This document shows positions 37,886 to 49,815 of a stretch of 64,000 bases of DNA, one piece after another. The position numbers were made by a program, and so were the translations under genes. The DNA comes from Phoronis australis (taxonomy: Eukaryota > Animalia > Phoronida): contig NMRA01000197.1 in assembly GCA_002633005.1 (NCBI GenBank), positions 1-64,000 on the forward strand, given 5' to 3'. Under the pieces are notes generated by a model. It had not been told where the DNA came from, ran no database searches, and was given only the letters and a program-made list of their open reading frames with translations. Position 1 is the first letter of the stretch. Each line of letters starts with the position of its first letter.

Positions 37886-38875
37886 GAATTTGCCATTGGT
37901 TTTGTTTACCTTCATTATTCCACAAGCCAGACAGTGCAACTGGTAAAACCTCAATCTTTAACACCTAAGCCACTTCGCCCAAATAACCTCAAAAGCGGTG
38001 TAGGCGTTGACCTGAACAAACTCATCTGAAGCCTGCGACTAAAAAAAATTTTGGTATTCTTATGTTTCAGGTGTTAAGACTGCAAAGCTAATTGTAGAAA
38101 CAGAAGGCAGAAAGTGTTACTGCTTTAATTGCTTGTAGCTTTGTCACTTGGGGGCTTAGTGTTGCAGAATTTATGACAACTTGAGATGGAACTTACGAGT
38201 TCAGATATTGTTAAACATAATTTGACATTGAGTATGTGAGGTTTATTTAATGAAAGCCCTCTAAACAGTGAACTGAACCACGGGACATTATTGTTATTAC
38301 TGTTGAAAAATGCATTTTGGTATGACGAATGGGAAGGGATAGACCTTTAAAAGTTATCAGCTTTGACCACAGATGCATTAAATCTGACTGGTTTTATCTT
38401 CTTCACAACTTAATGTGTTTGTTAACACAAAGTTACACATGATAGCTCGAACTCGGAGTAAGAAATACGAGACCTTTTGTGAGAGTAAAAAACCTAATTT
38501 GATGTTTGCTTTTCTGGCTGTTTGGTCACTCCTGTCCCAAAGTAAAAAAAAGGTGGCCACAGACACTACCTTGAATAATGCAAATTTCAGATAAAAAGCA
38601 TTATTTATGTGAGCAACTTGCAACCAAGCATGCATTGTATCAGCTTTCCAGTTTAATAAATTAAAAAGACGACTTCAACAGGCAATGTGGTCCCTATTTA
38701 GATACCTTTAATCACATCAGGCTGACTAAGAAATAAAACAGCAACAAGATCTATTTTCTCATCACTTATCGATATGCCACTGAGAAGCGTATTGGTAAAC
38801 TGAGCAACTGGTGACTATCACAGGTCCTGATGGATAGGACTAAATTCAACAGAATGTATAGCGCGTTTTCCCAAA

Positions 38876-41800
38876 TCATAGTGGCCATGTCGAAACAGAT
38901 GTCACTGTCTGTGTAACTGCAGCCCGAGCTATGTTTTCCAGAGCATCTCTGGCTTCCGTCTGCTCAAATTGTTTTAAGCTGTCTATCGCCAACTGACCAT
39001 GATGTTGACATAACTCTTTGATTTCATTCAACATAGGGCTGTAGCGTAGTATTCTGTACATCTGCAGTGAAGGAAACGTGACATTGTCTAAAGCGGCAAA
39101 CCTGCAAACTTTTGATTCAGACCATTTACCATTACAAAATTGGTCTCAACTGGTTCCTGACTAACACGGGAAGTGATTTTTGGGTTGTAAAGAACCGACA
39201 GTTCATTATTCCTTGAAACTATGCTCGGCGCGTAAAATAACTGGCCATGACTTGACAATTTGTAAAACCTACTCTCGAGCGCTAACAAAATCTTCATTCT
39301 TTTGAACCTCTTTAATCAACTTCGACCAAGGAACAATTTGTGACTGATTTCATAACGGCCAATAGTTTAAATAATTTTTTTGTGATGGATGGTGGATTTA
39401 TCACAAGTGTATAGTCACGTCTTTCCTCAAATGCTGATAAGAATTGACAACTAAATACAATGCAAAGATGGTAGTACTCGTTGCTGACTGAAGAGTCCAA
39501 GCTCCTGAAGGTTATGTAGGACCCTAAAAAAACGTCCCACTTCGGCTAACTTCGGAACATCATACATGTATCACAAAAATGGTTATCTTGATCGAATTCA
39601 TAACACGAAATTTTCAGATACTATGCTCTATGCACTTTTAACAAACATGGTGTTAGAAATTGTTTTTAAAATGTTCCACTTTGCATGAGGGGCTACCAAA
39701 AACATCACTTTTGTCACTTTCATGTCAAAAAAATAAAGGTGCATATTTAAAATGAAAATGAAAATATGTTTTAGAAAACTATCGCCGTTTTCGGTACATC
39801 ACCTTGAACATTTGCATCCCATTTTGTTATAAAATTTGATCAACTTATTGATACCATTGTTTTGCTAACAATGTAGCTTTAATATTTTCGCTAAATTTTA
39901 TTAAAAATACATTGTCACGACTCACATGACCTAATTCATGACGTATTGATGAAAAGCGTAAAATTTTTTAATCTACTTGCTGTCAGAAATATTCTTATAC
40001 TAAAAGTTAAAATCTACAGTTCTCTAAATACTTGGGTAAATATGCAGACTTGACAGTAAGATCCTAGATAACCTGAAATATTAAAACCACTTACTTTATC
40101 TACATTGATACTGTTGTCTTGTGTTAGAACACTGTCTAAGTACGTCGATTCATATTCTGCCAGGTGTAATAAACTGAGAGCTGACGTTGCCAGTGGTGGA
40201 TTATCCTCATCCAATTCACCAGAGAGAAAAGGGTGAAGCTCATCATTTATCTGCAGTGAGAGGCATAAACGTGTACGTCATTTACAGTATTTTAAACTTG
40301 TCAAATACAATAAAACCGGCATCAAAAAATAATTGCAGGCGGTCTGGTACATGTTGTACCTTATGTGTTCAGGCCACTCAGGAGGCCCATTGCAATGATC
40401 ACATAGAATCATTATGCTTTATTAATACACTGTTAAAACCAAGCTGAGGAGCTAAAGACCAGACTCAAGGGTTTAGCAGTGTTCCCCACTGGGACTCCAA
40501 CCTACGACCTTGAGTAAAGAAAGTGGACAGTTATTGCACTTGGCCACATTGCCTCCTCTAATACAAACATAAGTTGGGCACGCGAAAATCGAACCTTTGT
40601 TTATCTTGGACAAAGTTCTGGTGTTTAGTTGTACCTGACTAGCTAATGTAGCCAGGCCTTGGTCCATAGAATCGAAGTCAATGCAATTTTTACAACCCTT
40701 CAAACCTAGTGTAGTGATAAAACAACTTAGAAAATCTCATAAGTCAAGAGAAAATTGATAACAATCTTGTCGTTTAGATCCTCCTATCAGATTCTTTTAG
40801 TTTTCCCAGTCTGTAGACAAGCAATTCCATTTTGTAAAAATCACAATATTATGATAGTTTACAAGAAAATAATAAATATACGAGCACTTTAGTGATCGAT
40901 GTCATATCCACAACACTACATAGTTAGAGTTCGCGCATTTTGTTTCTTAACTCAAAACATCGTCTGACAGGGGAAACCACACACACACATCTTGTGTGTC
41001 ATTCTAGTGCTAGACTGGTCTGCAGCGTTCCTTGTTGTACCACTGATGATGTTTTGAAACGAAATGGCTGGACCATGAAGACAGTATATTATGTTCAAAT
41101 AACCAATTTCTTCAAAATTAGGAGCACATGGTAAAATTGAATGCTTTTATGATTAATTAGTAATAATAACACCCCATACATTTCATTTCTCATACAAGAA
41201 ACTGGCGAATTAATTAGAGCTCAAAACCATAAGTTCTCAAAAAACAGAACACCCGTTTCAGAAATGGCATACAACTTTTGCTGTGGCAGACACGATATGA
41301 GGCATGAATCCTTGTAGATTTGATACAATGCAAGTCGTGAATACTAGTGCTCTCAGTACACGAACCCTAAAAGCCACAGCAATGTTCTTTCCAAAACAAT
41401 GAGCCAATTCTTGTATTTTCTCTCCATGTTGCGCCAAAAGCATGGCTGCCCGACAACTGTTGGCCAGTAAGCTCCCAGAGCTGAGGTAGGTCTCCTTAAA
41501 CCAATCATCCATTGTTAAGGAAGGGCTCAGGATCGGGTTTCCATCGTTGTCTTTTGACACAGCAAACTCTCCATGGATGAGATCAGCAATGGCGCCAGAC
41601 ATGATTTCTACAACCTGTGAAAGAGAGCATAGCATTGCTGACATTGCTCGAGAAAAACTCACACTAGGAAAAAGAAAACAATTGCGAAAAATGCCTTACA
41701 TTCAATCACGTTCAACATGCACAATAAAGACCTTTGTCTCTTGAATAACTTCACTTGAAGTTCATTAAGAATTCAATGGAGTTACAATGCAGATTTCATG

Positions 41801-44681
41801 TAGTGCTGTCAGTTGACTTCATGGTCGCAACCCCCCTCATAATTAACAAAATCAGCACAACAAAATGAGGCCCGTGCTCTTTGCATGGGTTCAGGATATG
41901 CCATTGAAGTGCAGTAAGCTGTTGTTATTTCAAAGTGACTGACTGCCCCAACATTTGTCAAGTTCATGTAATCATATAGCCATCTCAAAACATCACCTGG
42001 TGTTTAGAAATTATTGGTACAGACAGGATAAACAATTAGTTGACTATGAGAGTCAATGAAATCGCACAAAACAACATTGGTAGTAGGTCGGAAAACAAGC
42101 AAATTAGTAGGACAAATGCAGTATCATAAAGTCGTACCTTAGTATTATTTAGTTCAGCAAGACCTGTGCTGGCATTGGCTAACAGAAAATCTCCACTGAG
42201 GACAGCCATTTTGTTACCGAATTCCAGGTCTTCTGTAGATGAGTCAGTGACGTCTGTGATTGGTAGGTTCAGAACTCCCTTGTGAACGAGATTAGCCGTG
42301 TGAATCATTTCTGTTATTTCAGCCAGACTTCTCTGTCTACAATACAGTATGTACAGCATAAGTGTCTGCTTCCTTTACTCAAGTTTGTGGCTTTGCATCC
42401 CACTAGGCAGCAGCAGTGGCACGATACAGGGTAAAGTGAAGACGTGTATTTTAAAAAGAGTCGAATATTGACGGTGAATCGACACATTTCGTTTCGCGAC
42501 CGAAACTCGCTGAAACTTCCTAATCACGCGCGGCTTCAACGCTCGCTTTCCGTCGCCGTACAACATAAGTGTCCGCTTCCTTTACTCAAGGTCGTGGGTT
42601 TGCGTCCCACTAGGGCACACTGCTAGGATCTTGAGTCAGGACTCTAGCTACTCAGTTCAGTTTTAACTATAGATCCACAGAAATGGTTCCAGGTGATCAG
42701 TGCAATGGGTCCACCTGAGCAAGTCTAGTGCAACGTCTGGTAGCCGACCGTCTGCACTTATTTTTGTTCATTCATAAGCATTGCATTAATGCATCATAAG
42801 GACAAAGTCGGATGGTAGTGGTGCCCCATACATTATGTATTACAAGAAATAACGAGTACAAAAATTTGAAGTTACTATTCAACCCTTACCTTGGGTGAAT
42901 TCCTGTAGCTTTGTCCCACTCGCCTGGTTCTAGTTTCCCTGGCCCAGCTGCTTTAGACATCAATAGAACTATTAGGCCTCGCATCTGTAAACTGTTTTTC
43001 CCATCAAATATAAAACCTCTGAAAAAAAATAATTGTTGCGGTATGTAATATTTTACTAAATCTGCATCCACACTTATCACAATACATTGCTCACCAGTAA
43101 AATAAAACGCAAACTGGACCATGAAAGTCTTCCCTCGTGGAGGCAGTTTTGCAATAGTCTCATGGCTGATTGATTATTCTGTCAGGAATAGGCATTAGTT
43201 TCAATTTACCAGACGTATAGTTAAAGCAGTCATAAACCCATCACAAAAAACAACTTTTGATTTTGACCATTCACTGCAATAGTCATGACTGGTCTAGAAC
43301 TGACCAGGTTCTGCATGTTGGCTTGTCATGGAGAGTCCCTTTATAAGCCATGCTTGGTCTAAAAATAATGAACTCTTTGCAATCGGAGAAATGATCAAGT
43401 TGACACCAATTTCATAGCAGTATAGTAAATAGAAAGTTCATTGCTTTGACGGAATGAAGGTTAGATATTTTAAGTCTTATTGGTTTGTTTCATGTTTACA
43501 ATAGAATACTTGAGAATACTTTATAAGGTTCTAGTTTACTGATAACCAAAGTCTAAAAGACAAAATATATGTAGGATTGGGAGCAGCATGAATTCTTGAG
43601 AAATTCTAGAAAAATGTAACAGACTATACTCAGGTGCAGGTTAGTGGGAGTCAGTCAACAACTCGTGGATTAGTTGTAGTCAGTTTACAAGCTACTTGGC
43701 CAAATGGTCACTACAAGTCAGCACTAGCCAGAGTGTTAAATTAGACAGTGCATCAGGTATTTTGTTTCAGGAGAGGTGGTCACAAGTGATTTAAACCAGT
43801 TGTCAGTCTGTTATCGCATCGAAAGCTATAAGCACCATTATGTAAAGCCTTTAAGAGCCAACTGTACAGAGTCTGAAAAATCCAACACTACTCTATCATA
43901 AAAAGTCAATTGGTACATTTTTCCAAACATCTAGGCCTTGCACAAGAATCATTTTTGGCATTCCCAGAATACAGAAAAAACACTCATTCCCAGTAAAATT
44001 ATTTCTGGTTTTCATTTTCAGAGTATTCATGTTAACATTTTTGGGACAAAGTACAAATGTCATCAACGCAAGCACTGACCTACATAACGTCCATGATATG
44101 TAAATCTTAAACTGGCGTGGAAATATAAAACACGAACACTTTTAAGTCTCGTCTGCACACCACCTGTTGGCCACATCACGTCACCTAATGAACATAAGTC
44201 CAAAAAGATTTCTATCCCCAACCGGGACTCGAACCAAAGACATTCTGCAAACCATGCAGACACTCTAGATACAGAGGTGGCAGGCATGCAGACCAGACTT
44301 ATGTTTGTGAACATCCATGATGCACATAAGAACACGTTAGTATGAGAGATAAACAAATCAATCTTACTTTGCTGTCTTAAGTAGAGGATGTCGTGTCCCA
44401 ACCAGTTTCCTCATGTGCATAGCCACATTGGAGAGTTCATCACTCAGCAAACAGCGGAGACTGAGAAAGGAAGTTGGATAGCCCACAATTTTCTCAGCAT
44501 CAGAAAACGCTTTTGAGAAGTGACTTTCCTGGGGTCTTCCAAAAAAGGTAGCTGTTCTGCAGTGTATGCATCCTGGTACGGCAGCTAACATACTAGGTGA
44601 AATTTTGTAATGTCTGCCCAGTGTGAGAACACATGAATTAGCAATATTTGTTGATGCTCTGATAAACAATTGCGTCTTCAT
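38876..44681 (-). CDS. PDSS2: Decaprenyl-diphosphate synthase subunit 2 (410 aa)
   Basis: Exons 44681-44368 (..[44 protein letters not shown]), 43018-42890, 42336-42138 ([38 protein letters not shown]), 41614-41366, 40250-40095, 39061-38876. Total 1233 nt in frame. HKGV in place of the DDxxD motif marks subunit 2. An acceptor at 44696-44695 implies a non-coding first exon, with a likely donor at 46794 (copy at about 52180). Confidence 0.95.
39590..39730 (+). repeat. Dispersed repeat, related copy at about 61215-61345
   Basis: Shared tttcagata..atg...aaattg.ttttaaaatg.tccacttt(t)gcatgaggg.cta.caaa. Confidence 0.5.
44176..44275 (-). mobile_element. tRNA-derived SINE, family A
   Basis: atcacgtcacctaatgaacataagtccaaaaagattt...accgggactcgaacc...ttctgcaaaccatgcagacactctag; matches 468-566. 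Confidence 0.65.
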
Positions 44682-46859
44682 GCTGGTGGTAAATCTGAAA
44701 AATAATTACGATAACAATTAACGCATGAACTGGATATTGGGGCTGAACAGTATTTGTCTTTACTACAACTTTATGTGCTGAACCTGGGAACTCTTGACAA
44801 AACAGCGGTGACACTATTGATTCTAGTAAAAGTAAGGTTCCTTCTACTCAATTATTTTTCAAATTTCTAGTTTCCATAAGTCATTTTTAACATAAAAGGT
44901 TAATGCATTTCATTTGCAAAACATGCTTCATAACAGTTACAAACAACCTTAGAAAAATGTCCAATTTTGGAACATTATATGTCAGAAATGGGCGATCCAA
45001 TCGCATTAGATATCATTCCCCTGGACCAAAACATTTCCAAAATCACGATCTGATCAAGAATCACATTAGCTTAAACTGGACAAACAAGCCTACTGTGTTG
45101 GTTCACAATGCTGTGGTAGTGAGTGGGTCAGAACTTACAGCCGCACAAAGGAAACGACAGTTGAAAGTAAAGACTAAGTTCTTTGTGAAAGTCATTAGTT
45201 TTTCTCCATTCCAATTTTTTGGTGATAGTATTTCATAAAAAAATCATCTTCACAATATTTGTTGAACGCTGTTTGGAAATAGTATTAAATATTGTTTAGA
45301 GTCAGGTTGCTGTATTACATGAGCTTATCAGATGAATGCCGGCAATAAGAAAGCTGAACTACAGAAACATTGGTTTGACAACTTTCTCCCCTTGTTTATT
45401 CACTGTCACACTAATGACACAGCTGTAACCAGAGTTGCCGAATAAGTGAAATCGGGAAACTCGCCCCACAGCACGGGAGCGTAATGCAATGAAATTTTCA
45501 GATAGTACGTAATATTTTCCAAACCATTGATAGGAATTCTTTTAAAGTGTTCCATTGTTGTGCGAAGGGTTATCAAAACAGCCTGTTATGATTTTTATGG
45601 AAAAACCAAAAGTGCATGAAACCAAAAGACATTATGATAATTTAAAAAACTGTAGCGGCACTTTAGGCATTCCATCTTCAATACTTAATATATTATTATC
45701 AAATAAAATTTTGTACCATGATTGATATCACTGTTTTGCTACAAATGTATCTTCCTTTTTTACTAATTTTATTACAGGGACACTATTGCAAGACCCAATT
45801 CAAGAGACTGGTAAAAGTCAAAACTAAATTTCTACAGACTTTCTAGTTTCAAAAACTACATACCTCGATCTATTTCACTTAAAGTTTATAGTTTTGTAGG
45901 GCACTGGTTGGATATAGCGGTCTCTGATTTAGAGAACCAGTTTCATCCACTAAGTAACGACCCGTTATTTAGTGACTACCTGGTTCTCTAAATGCAGGAC
46001 CGCTATATCCTGTTGATGGTTGGTGAGACATTGCGCACAAAGTGGACTTGATGGTCAGGATGATATGCCGGTTAATAAAAAGAACACCATGATTCTGTAC
46101 AAGAAACTATCTATCAGAATGTTTTATTCTATGATCTCATCAATATATATACAAAAGTAGCATGCCAATATAAGGCAACAATACAGCAAAAACCGCATTC
46201 CAAGTCTAGAGAAATCAACTATTTCTTATACAACTATGTCTTATGCAATTCTTATACAACAATCTCTTGCAATTCTTAAACAATTTCTTATGCAATTTAT
46301 AGTACATCATGGAGATCATCCTCCAACATATCCAACCAGTGCTGTTTTGTAAATATTTGACTTGTCGATAAGGTCCTACATAACTTTTTCAGAAACAAGA
46401 TTAGTTGCTGACGAAAGCAATTAGTGAGCTAATAATTGTATTTTGATGAAATTTGGCAATCATCATCAAATACATGGGGCTTAAATTAACACATAGTAAT
46501 TACTAGTATAGGGAGTGAGTCTGATCGACAGCAGTGAGCAATAGTCGATCATATTTATAGAGGGGCACTTGCATTGTTGCATTGCCTACTCGTACACTTG
46601 AACTGGCCCTTCTAACGCCCTAACGACGGTTCTAACCCCTTCTTGGCCTTAGGGCCCTTAGTTAGGCTTAGGCTTAGTCTAGTGAGTCCTAGGCTAGCTG
46701 AATGGACAAACAGAACACGCCAAACCTGGTCAATATTTTGCATCATTTCGGACTATTGGTATTACTAAGGCAAGATTCAATCCTACTTCCTTACATGTCA
46801 ACAATTCTTAAACCAAATTACAGCTTTTCCCATTCTTCGCAAGTCCTGTGCACCAATTC

Positions 46860-47110
46860 GCAAATCTCAAACGGAACCGGAAATGCTAACTACGTCACGC
46901 GTTTTGAGGTTTATAAATGTATTCCTCTCTATATTTCATCGATCGATCGTCAGTCAAGTTTCAAGGGCATTTACGCAGTTATATATATACATACAGTCCT
47001 ATATATACATACGACCATCGATATTATATTATGGTCTAACTAATGCAGGTGTAACTAGTTTAACTAACCTGCTGCAGTAGTCAAGCCCAAGCGACAGGGT
47101 GCGCCATTTC
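46860..47110. promoter_or_regulatory. Putative bidirectional promoter of PDSS2 and MLYCD (copy at about 52245-52505)
   Basis: ETS/GABP-like CCGGAAAT at 46876-46883, ACGTCACGCG, and DRE-like ATCGAT motifs between divergent first exons. All are kept in both copies. Confidence 0.5.
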
Positions 47111-47203
47111 CAATGACGTTGATCACATGTGCACTTTGACTTATTTTGTGGTCACCAACTGTGCTAGACAGGGGTTGTGCCAGTCCATCTGTTTGAAGAA
47201 AAA

Positions 47204-48448
47204 ATGCAAAGGCTTAGAATTCTTGTTAAACACCTATGTAGACCACAGGTAACTTTAAAAAGACCAATCTTTATAGTAAGGTTACTGAAATCCGAAATCG
47301 ATTTTTTATCAATTCTTGTGCACAGTATCTGTAACAATTGTCCAACTTGTTGACTGCAGAAATGACATAGTTCCTGCTGGGTTCTTAGAAATTTTCAGGT
47401 TTCCAGGAACTCATTGGGTTAGGGTAACGACACTGCGAAATCAAACACAAACATGCTTTACCACTTGCATAAATCATCACTGTCGTAGTGTGTAATTGAG
47501 TGTAACAACCAGTTTCTGGGTAATCAACCACATTATGATCTGCACTTCAAATGTTCTTGTCATCAGAAAGCCGAATGTGGATAAAGAGTCTGATATTTCC
47601 TATTGCCTATTAGTAAAATTAGTTAATCTTTGAAGTGAAGGAAGGAGCATAACTTCTCTATTTGTATGCCTTTGATTTCAAACCATAAGGCTTTGCTATG
47701 TTTGCTGTCTACCATGTAAGTAATTAGCTTAAACGTGCCTGTCATTGCATGCAGGTTTTTGATGCCTTGATCATCGATGGTATAAATTGGAACCCACAAT
47801 GTCATTGTTATAAGTTAATTACTGGTTATTGTCGTGAAATGTCTGAAGAAAACTCTATACCAAATAACAATTAGTAGAAATCTGATGTGAAATTTATTGT
47901 TGTGATCTCTGCGCACAGTGGTCTTATATATATAGAAATGAAATATCGAAACAGTCTGTTTTTCCATGTTTTCTGTTTGTTGATTTAATTGGCCAAAAGG
48001 GGGGGGGGGTCCAGACCTCCTGGACCCCTTCCTTGGGTCCTCCTATGAAACCCTTTTTGAAGTATCTACTTAATTACCTAGTCTAATGACTAATAATAAT
48101 AGGGATGAACTTTCTGAATTAGGTATAGAAATTAAATTTTTCAATTAAACTTTCTACTGAATTTCAGTTGAATCTCGGCTGAAACTCAACACCTCTTCGT
48201 TTGGACAGCCTGCCTTGACTGATTTGAATGTGTTATATGGATATTAAAATTACTTAGCAGCCAATATATTTTGGTTATATTTTGTTTGCTGATCATAACA
48301 TATATCAATGCTTATATCCCTGCAGATTCCCCCGGCACTGAACCAAATTTTACCAGTCAGACTTTCGTCTACGTATATTGTGGAGACAACGAAACGATTA
48401 CTTGATGATGCTTTAAGCACCCACGAACTGTTGAATGCTTCAGCAGAG
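47204..48448 (+). CDS. Duplicate (likely allelic) MLYCD coding exons 1-2
   Basis: 47204-47248 and 48326-48448 encode the same peptide as 52598-52642 and 53697-53819. The differences I found are synonymous (CGA/CGT, GAT GAT/GAC GAC). Confidence 0.7.
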
Positions 48449-49815
48449 GTATGTTGTTGGTTCAAATGCTTACCGTAATACAAACTATTCAAATTATTGT
48501 GAATTCTATGTTCATAGACCAATTTTCAAGCCAGTATCTGTGTTCCATCAGGGTTTTTCACTTCCCAAAATTAGAAGCGAGCAGAGGTCAGGCAAACTGG
48601 AGGTCATTTGGGAGTAGAGGTTGGGGGTTGCTCCTGAAGGAAATTTTGGACATCTAACGGCTTCCTGGTTATCAGGTAGCATTTTGCACATCGTCATGTG
48701 ACCAATGAAAATATTTTGTAAATTAATTTATGATTCCTCATTTCTTTTCCATTTTATTGCCCATAAATCCCAGTGTATATGTGTGCCTTTTTGTGTAAAG
48801 TTTTGTAGTACTATTTGGTTTTAGATTACAAGTTCATTATTGTAGGATATTTGTAGTTTGTGACAATTATTTTATCATAACATGCAACTTGTTAATCAAA
48901 TAATTTTTTTTAATCAGGAATGAATATAGTTAACTGCTAGCTCTTTGCAATAAAGCAACAAACCATGTGGTTGCATGCAAAGCGCTACGTCTTAGCGCGG
49001 CGGTAAAACCATTGCGTGACAGGGTGCTTTTGTGGCAATGTTTGGTGACGTATGCATAGCTTTACTCAACTCAGGAGTTTTGAAAAGTGGGTCAGTCGTG
49101 CTATTGAAGCTCCATAAAATAACAAAGTGCAATTGAGGAATGGCCTTATTCTGGTATCTTGCTGCATTTCATTGTCATGACTGTTGACTTTTGTCAATTG
49201 CTGCTAAGTAGTACTTTGGGTAAAAAAACATCAATGATTCTGATCTCCGTTTTTTTTTAAGTGTATAAAGTATTGTATTTATTGTTAGCTGCTCACATTT
49301 TCAGACAAAAAAATTCATCTGAAATGAGCAAAAATGGTGTCGAATTTGTTTTTGACTCATGAATCACTACCGACAAATCACTTCATTATTCCAAACCTTG
49401 CTTACCCTTGTTTTCATGCCTAGAAGTTATGCAACCTTTCAAAAAACATGAGGCATTGGGGGTTTTTATACAGGTTTTTAGCTGGTGAGTGTAGGTCTCA
49501 AATATCGGGTAAACACCAGATTACCAGCTTTCCTTTTTTGCCTTGACAAAATTTCGTAATGTCAAAGCTGACTGTCAACGTAATTCTTTCTGCCTTCTGT
49601 TAGGTCAATTTTGAATACAAGGCAGCTCATGTGACAGTAAGTGTTGAGCTTCAGTTCATCTGAAAGTTACTAATAATTATGTTACAATTGTTTGGACCTG
49701 TTTGTTCGTTTTTTGTAAATATTTCTGCTGGGAATGCAATTCTAACTTTAGGCCTGAGTCAGCTGTCACAATTCATAGCTACTGAGACGATACATTAGTG
49801 GCAAGAGGGAGGGGN

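Larger units (their letters stand above)
44929..49814. repeat. Copy A of the tandemly repeated PDSS2/MLYCD promoter block, ending in a G run at N 49815
   Basis: Colinear with 49816-55185, with scattered substitutions and indels. Confidence 0.9.
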
